64,000 nt of DNA, taken from the NCBI GenBank assembly GCA_965218865.1, contig CBDCME010000073.1, forward strand, positions 289,158 through 353,157. The letters run 5' to 3'. Positions 41,872 through 51,154 of this stretch are shown here, in pieces. The position numbers and the translations under genes were made by a program. Positions within the stretch are counted from its first letter, which is position 1; each line of letters begins with the position of its first letter. The DNA is from Alphaproteobacteria bacterium (GTDB lineage Bacteria > Pseudomonadota > Alphaproteobacteria > JAAXGF01). The notes beneath the pieces are model-generated. The model did not search any database, had not been told where the DNA came from, and worked only from the letters and a program-made list of their open reading frames with translations.

Positions 41872-42357
41872 ATGCTGATCCGCCTAACGAAAATAGTCTT
41901 GGTGGTTAGCGCCGGCATTTTCGCCGCGCTCGTCGTCTTCAACAACGTGACGGACTACGAGTCGAACTACATTTTCCTTCAGCACGTTCTCAGCATGGAC
42001 ACGACATTTCCCGGAAACCGGAGGCTCTGGCGCGCGATTCACTCCCCGGAAATCCAGCGCGAAATCTTTACCCTCATCATCGCGACGGAGGCTCTCGTCG
42101 CCGGGTTGTGCCTGGCGGGCGCGACGAGACTCTGGAGGGCCAGAAACGACGCCGAGACGTTCCCCGCCGCGAAAGGATTGGCCGTCGCCGGCCTCACGCT
42201 CGGCGTGGTCTTATGGTTCGGCGGTTTCATCGCGATCGGCGGCGAATGGTTTTTGATGTGGCAATCGAAGACCTGGAACGGCACCCAACCGTCGTTCCGA
42301 ATTTCGGCGATAATGGCTTTGATCCTCATCTATCTCACGTCGAAGAACGACGGTTGA
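41872..42357 (+). CDS. DUF2165-like small integral membrane protein
   Basis: Start at MLIRLTK. Four predicted TM segments. Family assignment from memory. Confidence 0.45.
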   Translation: MLIRLTKIVLVVSAGIFAALVVFNNVTDYESNYIFLQHVLSMDTTFPGNRRLWRAIHSPEIQREIFTLIIATEALVAGLCLAGATRLWRARNDAETFPAAKGLAVAGLTLGVVLWFGGFIAIGGEWFLMWQSKTWNGTQPSFRISAIMALILIYLTSKNDG

Positions 42358-42401
42358 AACCCGGCCCGAAAACCGACTATCCGCGACGATATCGAAAGGG
42401 T

Positions 42402-43180
42402 TTAGGGTTGCAGGCACCCAGGTGACCGTTCTTCGACCAATTTTTTGAATTCCGGATCGGCAATCAGTCTTTCCGCGACGAGTTTCCCCAGTACGCTGCT
42501 GCCAAGTGGTGTCGTGTGTGTAAAATCCACGAAATGGCCGTGTTCGGAACGCAGAAACGGTCGAGGGTCGATCAATAAGGCGCCAGTTTCATTAGCTGTC
42601 TTCGTAACGACGCGACTATAGGCGGCGTAGACATCCAGAAAGCCCTGGACGGTCATATAGGGGAACAATGGTAGGCGATAACTTGCGGCGCCCAATTGCT
42701 CCCCGGGGGACTGATCCGCCCGCAACCGACGGGCATTATTGAGAAGCACGACCCGACGGCCTTCGTTTCCGACGATATCGACAAGATTGCGCAACCGGTC
42801 CCCGAACAAGGCCACGATTATTAGCGGGTTGATTTGCGGTTTTCGGTGTTCGATATGGGCGCTTCGCAGCAACTGAATAACGGCCATATTTTTCTTGATT
42901 AGTTTCCATAAAAGCAAGATTTCGGTGAACCAGCTCGGACGATATTGACGGGCTGACAATCCCTTATCGCGGGCGACTCGTCTCACGTCGAAGTTGAAGT
43001 CGCTGGCCAAGATTACGACGACATCGGGGTCGGTCTCTGCAACGTGACGCTGATAATGCAGTAGGATTTTCTCGGGTGACATCCCCGGAACGCCAGAATT
43101 TACATAGTCGAACCGGCAATCCTTCAGGTTCTCTTGAATCGTCCGCCACGCAATGAGTCGTCCGTGAAGAACCCTGATTT
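42402..43180 (-). pseudogene. SGNH/GDSL-family hydrolase, 5'-truncated by IS5-like insertion
   Basis: Block II-like NSGVPGMS is present, but no GDS block I. The ORF N-terminus runs into the IS. Confidence 0.4.
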
Positions 43181-44660
43181 CAAGCTGAAGCGGCGATTGG
43201 GTTTGCGGTGGGGTGCGAGATGTCGCTGAGGAGCGCGGCCAGGATTTGGACAAACAAACGCCTCAGCCATTTGAGGACAAGGCGGTAGTTGTAGCCGGCG
43301 CCGGCGAGGATGGCGTTGATCTTGTCGCCGTCGCGGCCTTTGAGGAAGTTGCGCCCCAGCCTGCCATCGCTCTTGAGATGTCCGATCACGGCCTCGACGG
43401 CGGAGCGCCGCCTGAGCTCCTTCTTGATCGTCGGCGTGATGCCGCGTTTCTGGCCTGATCTAAAGACGCGGTGTTTGTTGGGGTAATCGTGGCCCTGGTA
43501 TCCCTTGTCGACATAGATGCGCTCGGCCGATATCCCCGTCCAGCGTTCCATCTCTTCGATCACCTGCCTCAAGGTGTGGCCATCATAGGGATTGCCGTGG
43601 AAGGCCTTGACGTGGGCGACGAACTGGCCGCCGGGGGGGCGGGAATTGGTCGCCGCCACGGAGACCTTGCAGCCGAACTCGTACGGCTTGTGCGCCTTCC
43701 CTTTGCCGATGCATTCGACCTCGGGCGCGTGGAGCGAATAGACCTTGGGCAAGGGGTCGCGCCGCTTCTGGGTCGACACCCGCTCGGCCAGCCACAAGGG
43801 GCGGCGGAAGGTATCCCGTAGGCTCTCCTCCTGGGCCGTCTTGCGGCGGATGTCGCGGACGGTGCGCCCGAGATAGGTCTTGAGCTTGCGCAGGGCCTTG
43901 TTGGCCCGCTTGTGCTGTTTGGCATGGCGGTAGCGGCCTTGCATGATCAACGCCCTCTTGCCCAGGCGGGTATAGGACTGACGCAGGGCAATGCCGTGCT
44001 CCCGTGCCAGTCGCACCAGCCGCTCGCGGGCTCGTTGCATCAGTTTGGCGGCGGTCGGAAAGGCAATCGCCTTCTCTTGTACGGTGGTGTCCACCGTCAC
44101 CCGCTCGAGGTCCTTCTCCCGCAGCGCCCCCACCCGGTGGGCCACGGCCAGGCTCTCCTGGAATACCTTCTCCAAACCTTCCGGCCCGATCCGGTCCCGC
44201 CACCGGGTCATCGACGAGCGCTCCATGGGTAGCTCATGCTGAAAGTACTCTTCGCCGCAGAAGCACTGGAAGTATGGGTCGTAGACCCAGCGCTCGCAGA
44301 CCTCCTCATCCGAGAGATCGAACATATGCTTGAGGATGTGCAGCCCAACCATCAACCGCGTCGGGACCCCCGGCCGACCCTCCTCCGAATACAAGGCTTC
44401 ATAGGTCTCGTCGAAGAAAGTCCACGCGATCCGGCCCCCCAACACCACCAACTCGTGGCGCAGGTTGATGATGTTTTCGAACCGCGAGCGGAACAGGTCC
44501 TCTATTCCCGATGACACCTTGCGCGATGGCTTCATCACAGTTCTCCAATCCCAATCGACGGGAGCAGAGAATCACGTTCCGCAACGGAAGGGAATCCCCA
44601 AAATCAATTATTTCAAATCACAAGCTTTTCAGGCCCAAAACCCGTTTTCTTGCAAATCCG
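43150..44660 (-). mobile_element. IS5/IS1182-family insertion sequence (boundaries approximate)
   Basis: Contains a 452-aa DDE transposase. The ends were not resolved from inverted repeats. Confidence 0.5.
43180..44538 (-). CDS. IS5/IS1182-family transposase
   Basis: N-terminal InsH-like HTH (DUF772-like) plus DDE domain (YVDKGYQGHD ... AVEAVIGHLKSDGRLGRNFLKG). Confidence 0.8.
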   Translation of the reverse strand: MMKPSRKVSSGIEDLFRSRFENIINLRHELVVLGGRIAWTFFDETYEALYSEEGRPGVPTRLMVGLHILKHMFDLSDEEVCERWVYDPYFQCFCGEEYFQHELPMERSSMTRWRDRIGPEGLEKVFQESLAVAHRVGALREKDLERVTVDTTVQEKAIAFPTAAKLMQRARERLVRLAREHGIALRQSYTRLGKRALIMQGRYRHAKQHKRANKALRKLKTYLGRTVRDIRRKTAQEESLRDTFRRPLWLAERVSTQKRRDPLPKVYSLHAPEVECIGKGKAHKPYEFGCKVSVAATNSRPPGGQFVAHVKAFHGNPYDGHTLRQVIEEMERWTGISAERIYVDKGYQGHDYPNKHRVFRSGQKRGITPTIKKELRRRSAVEAVIGHLKSDGRLGRNFLKGRDGDKINAILAGAGYNYRLVLKWLRRLFVQILAALLSDISHPTANPIAASA

Positions 44661-44801
44661 ATTACTTCGCCAAACCGAAAGAGCTACCAACATCAGCCGC
44701 TTACACGTTCTTCACGGGCGACTGCCTAGGCTTCCCACACGCCCGCCGAATCCGAATTGTCGTGAGTAACACGAAAGCGCAAAGAAGGGAACCCCCAACT
44801 T

Positions 44802-46884
44802 GCAGGAACAATTTTTAGTCGCGGTTGAGGGTTCGGGATGAGTGGGATCGTGCTCGGTGCACGGGGTTCGGGGAGCCCCGAGCTTGCCTCGACGACGTCA
44901 TGGGGACTGCTCGAAGCCACCGGACGGCGTTTTCGGATTCGACAGGCACACCGGTCCGCCCGCGCCGCTCGGCGGCACGTCCCGGTCCGGGGGAGAGGCG
45001 TGCTGTCTCAGGCGATGGGCGCGGTCATGATCGCGTCGAGGGCCTCCTGCGCCCGGGCGGCATAGTGCCGGTTGGCCTCGGGCAGATAACGGAAGCGTCC
45101 GTCGCAGCGCACGATGGCGATGGCCGCGTTGGTCAAGCAGGCGAGATTTCTGGGCAGGTGACGCACGTAGGCCCGGCATCGGTCTTCGTCGTAGGTGAAG
45201 TCGCGCACGTAGTGCAGGCGGTTCTCGATATGCCAGTGGTTGCGCACCAGTTCGAGCAACTCCTCGGGTCCGGCGCGCTCTGCGCCGAGCGAGGTGAGGC
45301 TCCAGGTCACCTCGATGCTGCGCTTGCCGGTCTTGAGGATCTCGCGTTCGCGCTCGATGCGCATGGCCTGGCGTCGCCCGTGGAGGTTGGCGTAGCCGTC
45401 CCACTCGGCAGCGGAGAGGTCGACGACGGCGCAGCGTCGGCGCTCGATGCGGCCATGGCCCTTGTCGACGGTTTCGTGCCAGAGCGCATCGCTGAAGTCG
45501 ATCGCCTTGAGGTCTTCGAAGATCATCTCCTGGTTGTCCTTGACCGCGCTCATCACGTAGTCGGCGCGACGCCCGAGCAGGCAGCGCGCGGTCTCGTGCT
45601 GAGCGTGCATCGCGTCCATGGTGACGATCCGGCCTGTGAGGTCGAGGCCGCTGGAGAGTTCGCGCACGGCCGGCCGATTTCGTTGCTCTTGCGGTCGACC
45701 TCGACCTGCCCGAGGACCACGCCGGTGTCGTGCTCGACCGCCGCCACCATCATCCTGCGCCCGTCTTCGGTCTGCTTCGAGGCGCCGCGCAGATCCTTTC
45801 CGTCCATGGCGACCGGCGCGTGCGCGCTGCCATGCTGGCCGGTCCACTGGCTAATCGCGTTGTCCAGGGTCTCTGGCGGCAGGGCGGTGAGGGTCTTGTG
45901 GAAGGTGGTGATCGCGGGCGGGGTGTAGCGCTGTTTGGAAGGGCTCCAGAACGCACCCACCGCCTCGAGCTGCTCCTGGGAGAGCAGGGCGGCGAACTGG
46001 GCGAACGCGTTCACCCCCCGGTATCCGGCAAGCCGGGCGGCGACGGCGATCACCAGAATGGTGTTGAGCGCATAGCGCTTGCCCCGGGCATGGCGGTACT
46101 CGGGCACCTCACCCAGACACTCGAACAGGCTGCGCAGCCGGGGCGCGGCCATCGGCTCGGTGTGCTGCTCGGCGTTCCAGTGTGCCGGCATCCCGGTACG
46201 GCTCAGCGCCTCGGGGGCGCCGTCTGTCAGTCCGAACACGAAGACCTCCTTGGGCTGACCGTGGTGGCGCCAGCGCGCTGCCCCTCCGGGCTCACGGGCA
46301 AAGCCCCGCGTCAGCCCCAGAGAGCGCCAGTTCGACGCGCGGTAGCAGGTGCCGGCAAATCGCGAGACGTCCACGAACGTCTCCGCCAGAAGAGCCGGAT
46401 ATCCGTGCACCGCCTGGATGTCCTCAGACAGCCGCCGCAGGCTCAGCCCCAGCACACGGGAGGCCAGGTTCGGCACTCGGCCAGGCGTCAGAATGACGAA
46501 GCGCGAGTTGTTGGCGATCAGATGCAGACGCCGGAACTGCTGCTCGGCCGACCACCCGATCCAGCGATCACGCGCGCCCAGCTTGAACGCGCCGGGCTGC
46601 CAGCCGATCAGTGCGAGCCAGGTCTCGCCATGCACCGCGACATGGCGCAGGCCCTTGCCGATGACGCCGTGGAACGCCAGGTAGTGGTGCTGCTCCACCA
46701 ACCGGTCCCAGCGCCGGTGCTCCTGCGCGCCCCAGGTCGGACGCACCGTGACCGCGCGCAAATCAATGGACGAATCCGAGACCGGCAGCGTCGCCATGAC
46801 CGGCACACTGCCACACCGAGAATGAAATGGCCAGCGCCGCGATCACCTCACCCTGATCACTGGGCGGACAAAAAACTAGCCCTG
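44802..46884 (-). mobile_element. ISAs1-like insertion sequence, copy B (inverted; 9-bp TSD AAGTTGGGG; transposase frameshifted)
   Basis: 2083 bp. CCCCAACTT is found on both flanks of the + strand. It carries a 2-bp insertion relative to copy A (AAATCGGCCGGCCG versus AAATCCCGGCCG). Confidence 0.75.
45008..46806 (-). pseudogene. DUF4338-ISAs1 transposase, frameshifted copy
   Basis: Split into the 45553..46806 and 45008..45847 frames at a GGCC duplication after ...DRKSNEI. Confidence 0.75.
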
Positions 46885-47212
46885 CCCCAACTTGGGAGTT
46901 CTTGTCACGCAGACGATTTGATTGGATAAAAAAGAGGCCGCTCGGAGAGACCCAGACCTCGGCGTAAATCGAATAAAGGAACCCCAGAGCGACCGCCGCT
47001 TGCCGTAACTTGTCGAAACCACTTCTACGGCTAGTGGCGGCGCGTGTCAACGGTAGAACGCCGTTGAACGGTCCCTCCCCGTCGCTCTTTTTCCCAACAT
47101 GGCGTGATCTCCCTTACGGAGGGACCAATGACGCATTCCATGCGCCGCGGCCGCGCGAGCGACGCCAACCTCGCCGTGCTGAAGACAACCGAGCATTTCC
47201 AGGGACTGCCAT

Positions 47213-48565
47213 ATGGCTTTGGGCGGTTCGGTCTCCTGCGCTTGGTCAAGGACAACGGCAGGAACAAGAAGACTAAGGCTAGGCGCGAGCGCGATAGCTC
47301 ACTACGAATTCCTTCTCCGATGGACCAGGGACAGGGACTGGACGGAACCGTGCGAACGGCCCGTCGTCTTCCTGCCGGTCGGCAAGACGGCCGAACTACG
47401 GGGCTTGACCGAAGGCCGGGTCCGGCAACTCGAATACGAACTCAACGAGGCCGGGCTGCTCACCTGGACCGACAGGGGCGACTACCGCAGGGGCGGAAAG
47501 CGGGATGCCGATGGGCTCATCCTCTTCGCCCACGGCGTGGACCTCTCTCCTGGGGTTGCAATGTTTCCCGAGTTGTTGAAGACCGACGCCAGGCGGCGGA
47601 AGGAAATTGAGGAACGAACCAAACTGCGGACGCACATAACAAAGCTCAAGGGCTCCGTCAGGCCCCTGCTCGACCGCGCCATCGAGGACGGACTGATAGA
47701 ACCCGGTAAGGCCGAATGGCGGAACACCACCGGAATGCTTTCCACCCGGACGGACGGCAACACGCCGCCGAAGCGGCTTAAAGAGACCGCCGCAAAATTG
47801 GACCGGCTGAGGGCAAGGCTGAGCGGGCGCGTCGAGGCAAACGCCCACTCCATAAAAGCCCTGGGCGGCGGTTGTGGAAAAGCCCGGAAAGCCTGTGGGC
47901 GGACGCGAAAAACTATCGGCGCGTCGATAGAAAACTATCGACCCACAAATACTACAAGGAATCAACAAACCGATAAATCGGTTACTAGTACCCCGTGCTG
48001 TGGACAAAGTACCGCCTGGGGCGGAAATACGGACGCGCCTTCCGGCGCGAAGTCATCCATTGAAACGATCGACGGCAGGGAAAAAGGGGGTCGCGGCCTG
48101 GAGGCCAGGAAAGAGCCTCCGAAGGGAGATCACGACGCCAACGCCGAAAGAGGGCGGGTATGGCGCCAGGCGGGAACGGTCGTGGACGGCCTGGCCGGAA
48201 ACCCGCGGGCGAAAGGCGGCGGGACAGCCAATGGTCCGGACTCGTCTCCCGGCCGCCCTCCAAAGGGCCAATTGTGGAAGCCGGACACGGGAACCCGGCA
48301 CATCAGCCTGCTTAATGCCGTGGAAATCGCCGGGATGCGGCTCCGAAACCGCATCCCGCGAACCGAACAGACGGATTGGGATGCCATCGAGGACGCCGCG
48401 GAAGACCTGTGCCCCGAACTCGGCATCAGCCTGCGGGCGTGGTGGATGGCCGTGACCATTATGGGGCGCAGGGCGGCCGCGGTCTGCGTCATGATCATCG
48501 ACCGGAAAATGTGCCCGATGCGGAAGACCCGGTGCGCTGTCCCGGCGCCTACCTGCGCGGCATGA
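47213..48565 (+). CDS. repC: RepC-like replication initiator protein
   Basis: N-terminal region VVFLPVGKTAELRGLTEGRVRQLEYELNEAGLLTWTDRGDYRRGGKRD and C-terminal LRAWWMAVTIMGRRAAAVCVMIIDRK resemble RepC N- and C-terminal domains (memory). A possible N-terminal extension lies in another frame (47128..), suggesting a frameshift. Confidence 0.5.
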   Translation: MALGGSVSCAWSRTTAGTRRLRLGASAIAHYEFLLRWTRDRDWTEPCERPVVFLPVGKTAELRGLTEGRVRQLEYELNEAGLLTWTDRGDYRRGGKRDADGLILFAHGVDLSPGVAMFPELLKTDARRRKEIEERTKLRTHITKLKGSVRPLLDRAIEDGLIEPGKAEWRNTTGMLSTRTDGNTPPKRLKETAAKLDRLRARLSGRVEANAHSIKALGGGCGKARKACGRTRKTIGASIENYRPTNTTRNQQTDKSVTSTPCCGQSTAWGGNTDAPSGAKSSIETIDGREKGGRGLEARKEPPKGDHDANAERGRVWRQAGTVVDGLAGNPRAKGGGTANGPDSSPGRPPKGQLWKPDTGTRHISLLNAVEIAGMRLRNRIPRTEQTDWDAIEDAAEDLCPELGISLRAWWMAVTIMGRRAAAVCVMIIDRKMCPMRKTRCAVPAPTCAA

Positions 48566-48694
48566 CGGCCCGCGCCCGGGACGACGAGCTTCACCTTCAC
48601 GCCAGCGTGTTCGGATGGGCGCGGAGAGCAGCAGCCTAACGCTTGCCGATGCCAAGCAGGAGACGGCAACGGCAGGGGTGCACAGGAATGAAGG

Positions 48695-50212
48695 TTATCG
48701 TTTCTCGGCCTTCCGGGCGGGCGGGGCGGTGATCTCGGGATAGACCGCGGTCATCACCCGCCACAAATCCGGCCATCCCCCGGGCTTGAGGCGGATACGG
48801 ACCGTGGACCCGTACATCCTGTCCGCTATGGGCGTCAGCGTTATTTTCTCGACCACCAGGCGCAGGGCATCCCTCAGGTATCCCGCCCGCGCCTGTTCGA
48901 GCAGATCCAGCTTCATCCGGTCAAGGGCGCGCCCGAGGGCGAGCCGAACCTCCCTTTCCGACGCCGGAAGCCCGGGAACGGTCTTTATCGCATTCTTCGC
49001 CGCCGTCAATCCCTTCTCTAGCTCCGCCATCCGCTGAAAGACACGTTCGGTCAGCAGTCCCCTTTCGGCCACCTTCAGGAGTTTCTCGATGCCACGGTTC
49101 TTCTCGGCGATCTCCTTCTCCAACGCGGCACGCCGCTCCCGGGCCCCCTCGACGAGAGCGTTCACGCCGGCGAAAAGACCGCGCTGCCGGGACAGGGATT
49201 TCCGCAGGGCCGGGAACAGCGCCCGCACCAGCTCCGGCACCCGCTTGCCGCGCGTGTTGTTGCACGTCCTGGTATAGCGCGCGTCGGCGCAGACGTACTG
49301 CCCCAGATTGGCCAGATGCGCCATGCCGCCGCAGCGCCCGCAACGAACCAGGCCGGTCAAAGGCTGGACGTTGTGGGGATTCCACTCGTGCCAGGCGCGT
49401 TTCTTCGATGCCGGACGCGGCTCCGCCTTCGGCTTGGACTCCCCGCCTGCTTGCGGCCCCCGCTGGCTCAACATGGTCCGCGCGCGATTCCACAGCCTCT
49501 CATTCACGATCCGCAGATGGGGAACCGGCGTGCGGATCCATTCCGATTCAGGATTGATCTTTGGCCGAGACCTTTTCGTCACCGGGTCGGTCACCCGCCG
49601 CGTGCGGTTGTAGACAAGGACGCCCTTGTAAATCTCGTTGCGCAGGGTGCCATCGCCGTTGGACCCCTTCCCATAGATGCTGGCGAACCGCCAAACCGCC
49701 CCGGAAGGCGAGGGGAGGCCGTCGGCGTTCAAGTCCCTGGCTATCGTCTTAATGGGCTTTCCGGCAACGAACTCCTTGAAAATCCGCCGCACCACCACCG
49801 CCTGGGCCTCGTCGATCTCCCGCAGGCCGTTAACGTTCCGGTTCTTCCCGTCGACCACCCCGCGTATCACCCGGTATCCGTAGGCGCGGCCCGAGGCGCG
49901 GCCCGAGGGCTGGCGCCCTTCCTCCGCGCGGGCGCGCTGGCCGCGCCTGATTTTGTCTTTCATGTCGTCAAGATAAATTGCGTTCATCGTCCCCTTGAAG
50001 CCGACGTGAAGCCAGGTGATCCTTCCTTCGTGGGCGGTGTGCATGCCCACCTCATAATACACCAGCCGGGCGTAGATCGCGGCGACGTCCTCCAGACTCC
50101 GGGTAACCCGGTCCAGCCCCTCGGCGACGACGACATCGAACTCCTTCCGTTCCGCGGCCTCCAGCAGCGCCTTCAGACCCTGGCGCCTGTCGGTCGCGCC
50201 GGTGAGTTCATG
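48695..50212 (-). pseudogene. large serine recombinase, C-terminal part (gene split by tandem IS66-like insertion)
   Basis: Recombinase domain, zinc ribbon (CGRCGG ... C) and coiled coil. Reading upstream to the IS junction gives the catalytic-domain sequence ELTGATDRRQGLKALLEAAERKEFDVVVAEGLDRVTRSLEDVAAIYARL. Confidence 0.7.
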
Positions 50213-50272
50213 GGTAATTGTTCGTTCAGGCCGTGGAATCAGCGCGGGCGTTTCTATCCGCCCCGGCGGATT

Positions 50273-51154
50273 TTAGCGATTGAGGCTGCGTTTCCAGTCT
50301 CGTCGCAGGGGCCGGAGCCAGACATCCTTTTTCGGCTTGTCAAACTGCCTGTCCCGGTCGTAGCGCCCGCGCCCCTGGGTGGCGCCGACATGGATCCAGC
50401 CCGATGCCCTGTAGACCGCGCCGGTATATCGCGGGGTCTCGACGAATGTCTCGATGAGCACGGGCGTGGTGTTGTAGCGCTCGGTCCAGTCGTCGGGCAG
50501 GCGCCGGCGGATGATGGCGAGGATGTGCGAGCCCAGGTTGGGGATCTTGATCCAGGGCAGGATCAGGAACCTCGGGTTGTCGACCACGAAGGGAAGGTTC
50601 TTCTCGCGCAGTTGCCGTGTCCATCCGATGAAGGTGTCGCGCGTGGCAAGCTTCCACGCGGCGGTGGAGAAGCCGAGCATGGCGAGTGGCCAGCCGTTTC
50701 GGTCATGGACGGCATAGCGCATCTGGGCGCCGACCAGGGTCTTGTATCCGAGATAGTGGTAGCGGGCGACGAACTCGTTCCAGAGCTTCCCTTCCCGGGT
50801 GCCGCGCACGACGGGGTGCAGGTCGAGCGGACGGACCTCGTCGAGGGTCGTCGGGGCCGGGAACAGCGGCGGTTCGGTGTCCGGCCCGAAGACGATCGGC
50901 CCGGGCCGGTTCTGCCGTCCCCGCGGCGCCGGCAGGGCGATCAGGCCGTCCCTGTGCATGGCCAGCATAGCGACCCTGGCCATCATGTCCTTGAGGCCGC
51001 CGTCGGGCTTGAACCAGCCGATGCGCCGGCAGAACTCCTTCGACAGCATATGGCGGTTCAACGGCGGCGGCCCGGCGATCAGCGCGCGCAGCAGCGCCAT
51101 TTCCCCGGCGGTGAAATCGCGGCCGTAATAACGGCACTCGATCTTGCCGGTCAT
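50273..51154 (-). CDS. standalone DUF4338 (DruA-like) protein, translationally coupled to tnpC
   Basis: Start MTGKIECRYYG overlaps the tnpC stop as ATGA. Motifs FIGW, DNPRFLILPW, ETFVE, YRASGW. Confidence 0.7.
   Translation of the reverse strand: MTGKIECRYYGRDFTAGEMALLRALIAGPPPLNRHMLSKEFCRRIGWFKPDGGLKDMMARVAMLAMHRDGLIALPAPRGRQNRPGPIVFGPDTEPPLFPAPTTLDEVRPLDLHPVVRGTREGKLWNEFVARYHYLGYKTLVGAQMRYAVHDRNGWPLAMLGFSTAAWKLATRDTFIGWTRQLREKNLPFVVDNPRFLILPWIKIPNLGSHILAIIRRRLPDDWTERYNTTPVLIETFVETPRYTGAVYRASGWIHVGATQGRGRYDRDRQFDKPKKDVWLRPLRRDWKRSLNR

Noticed and set aside
38296-46893. Composite transposon formed by the two inverted ISAs1-like copies
   Set aside because: Each copy has its own matching 9-bp TSD (TTTCCGACA and AAGTTGGGG), so the insertions were independent. 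The pair did not transpose as a unit.
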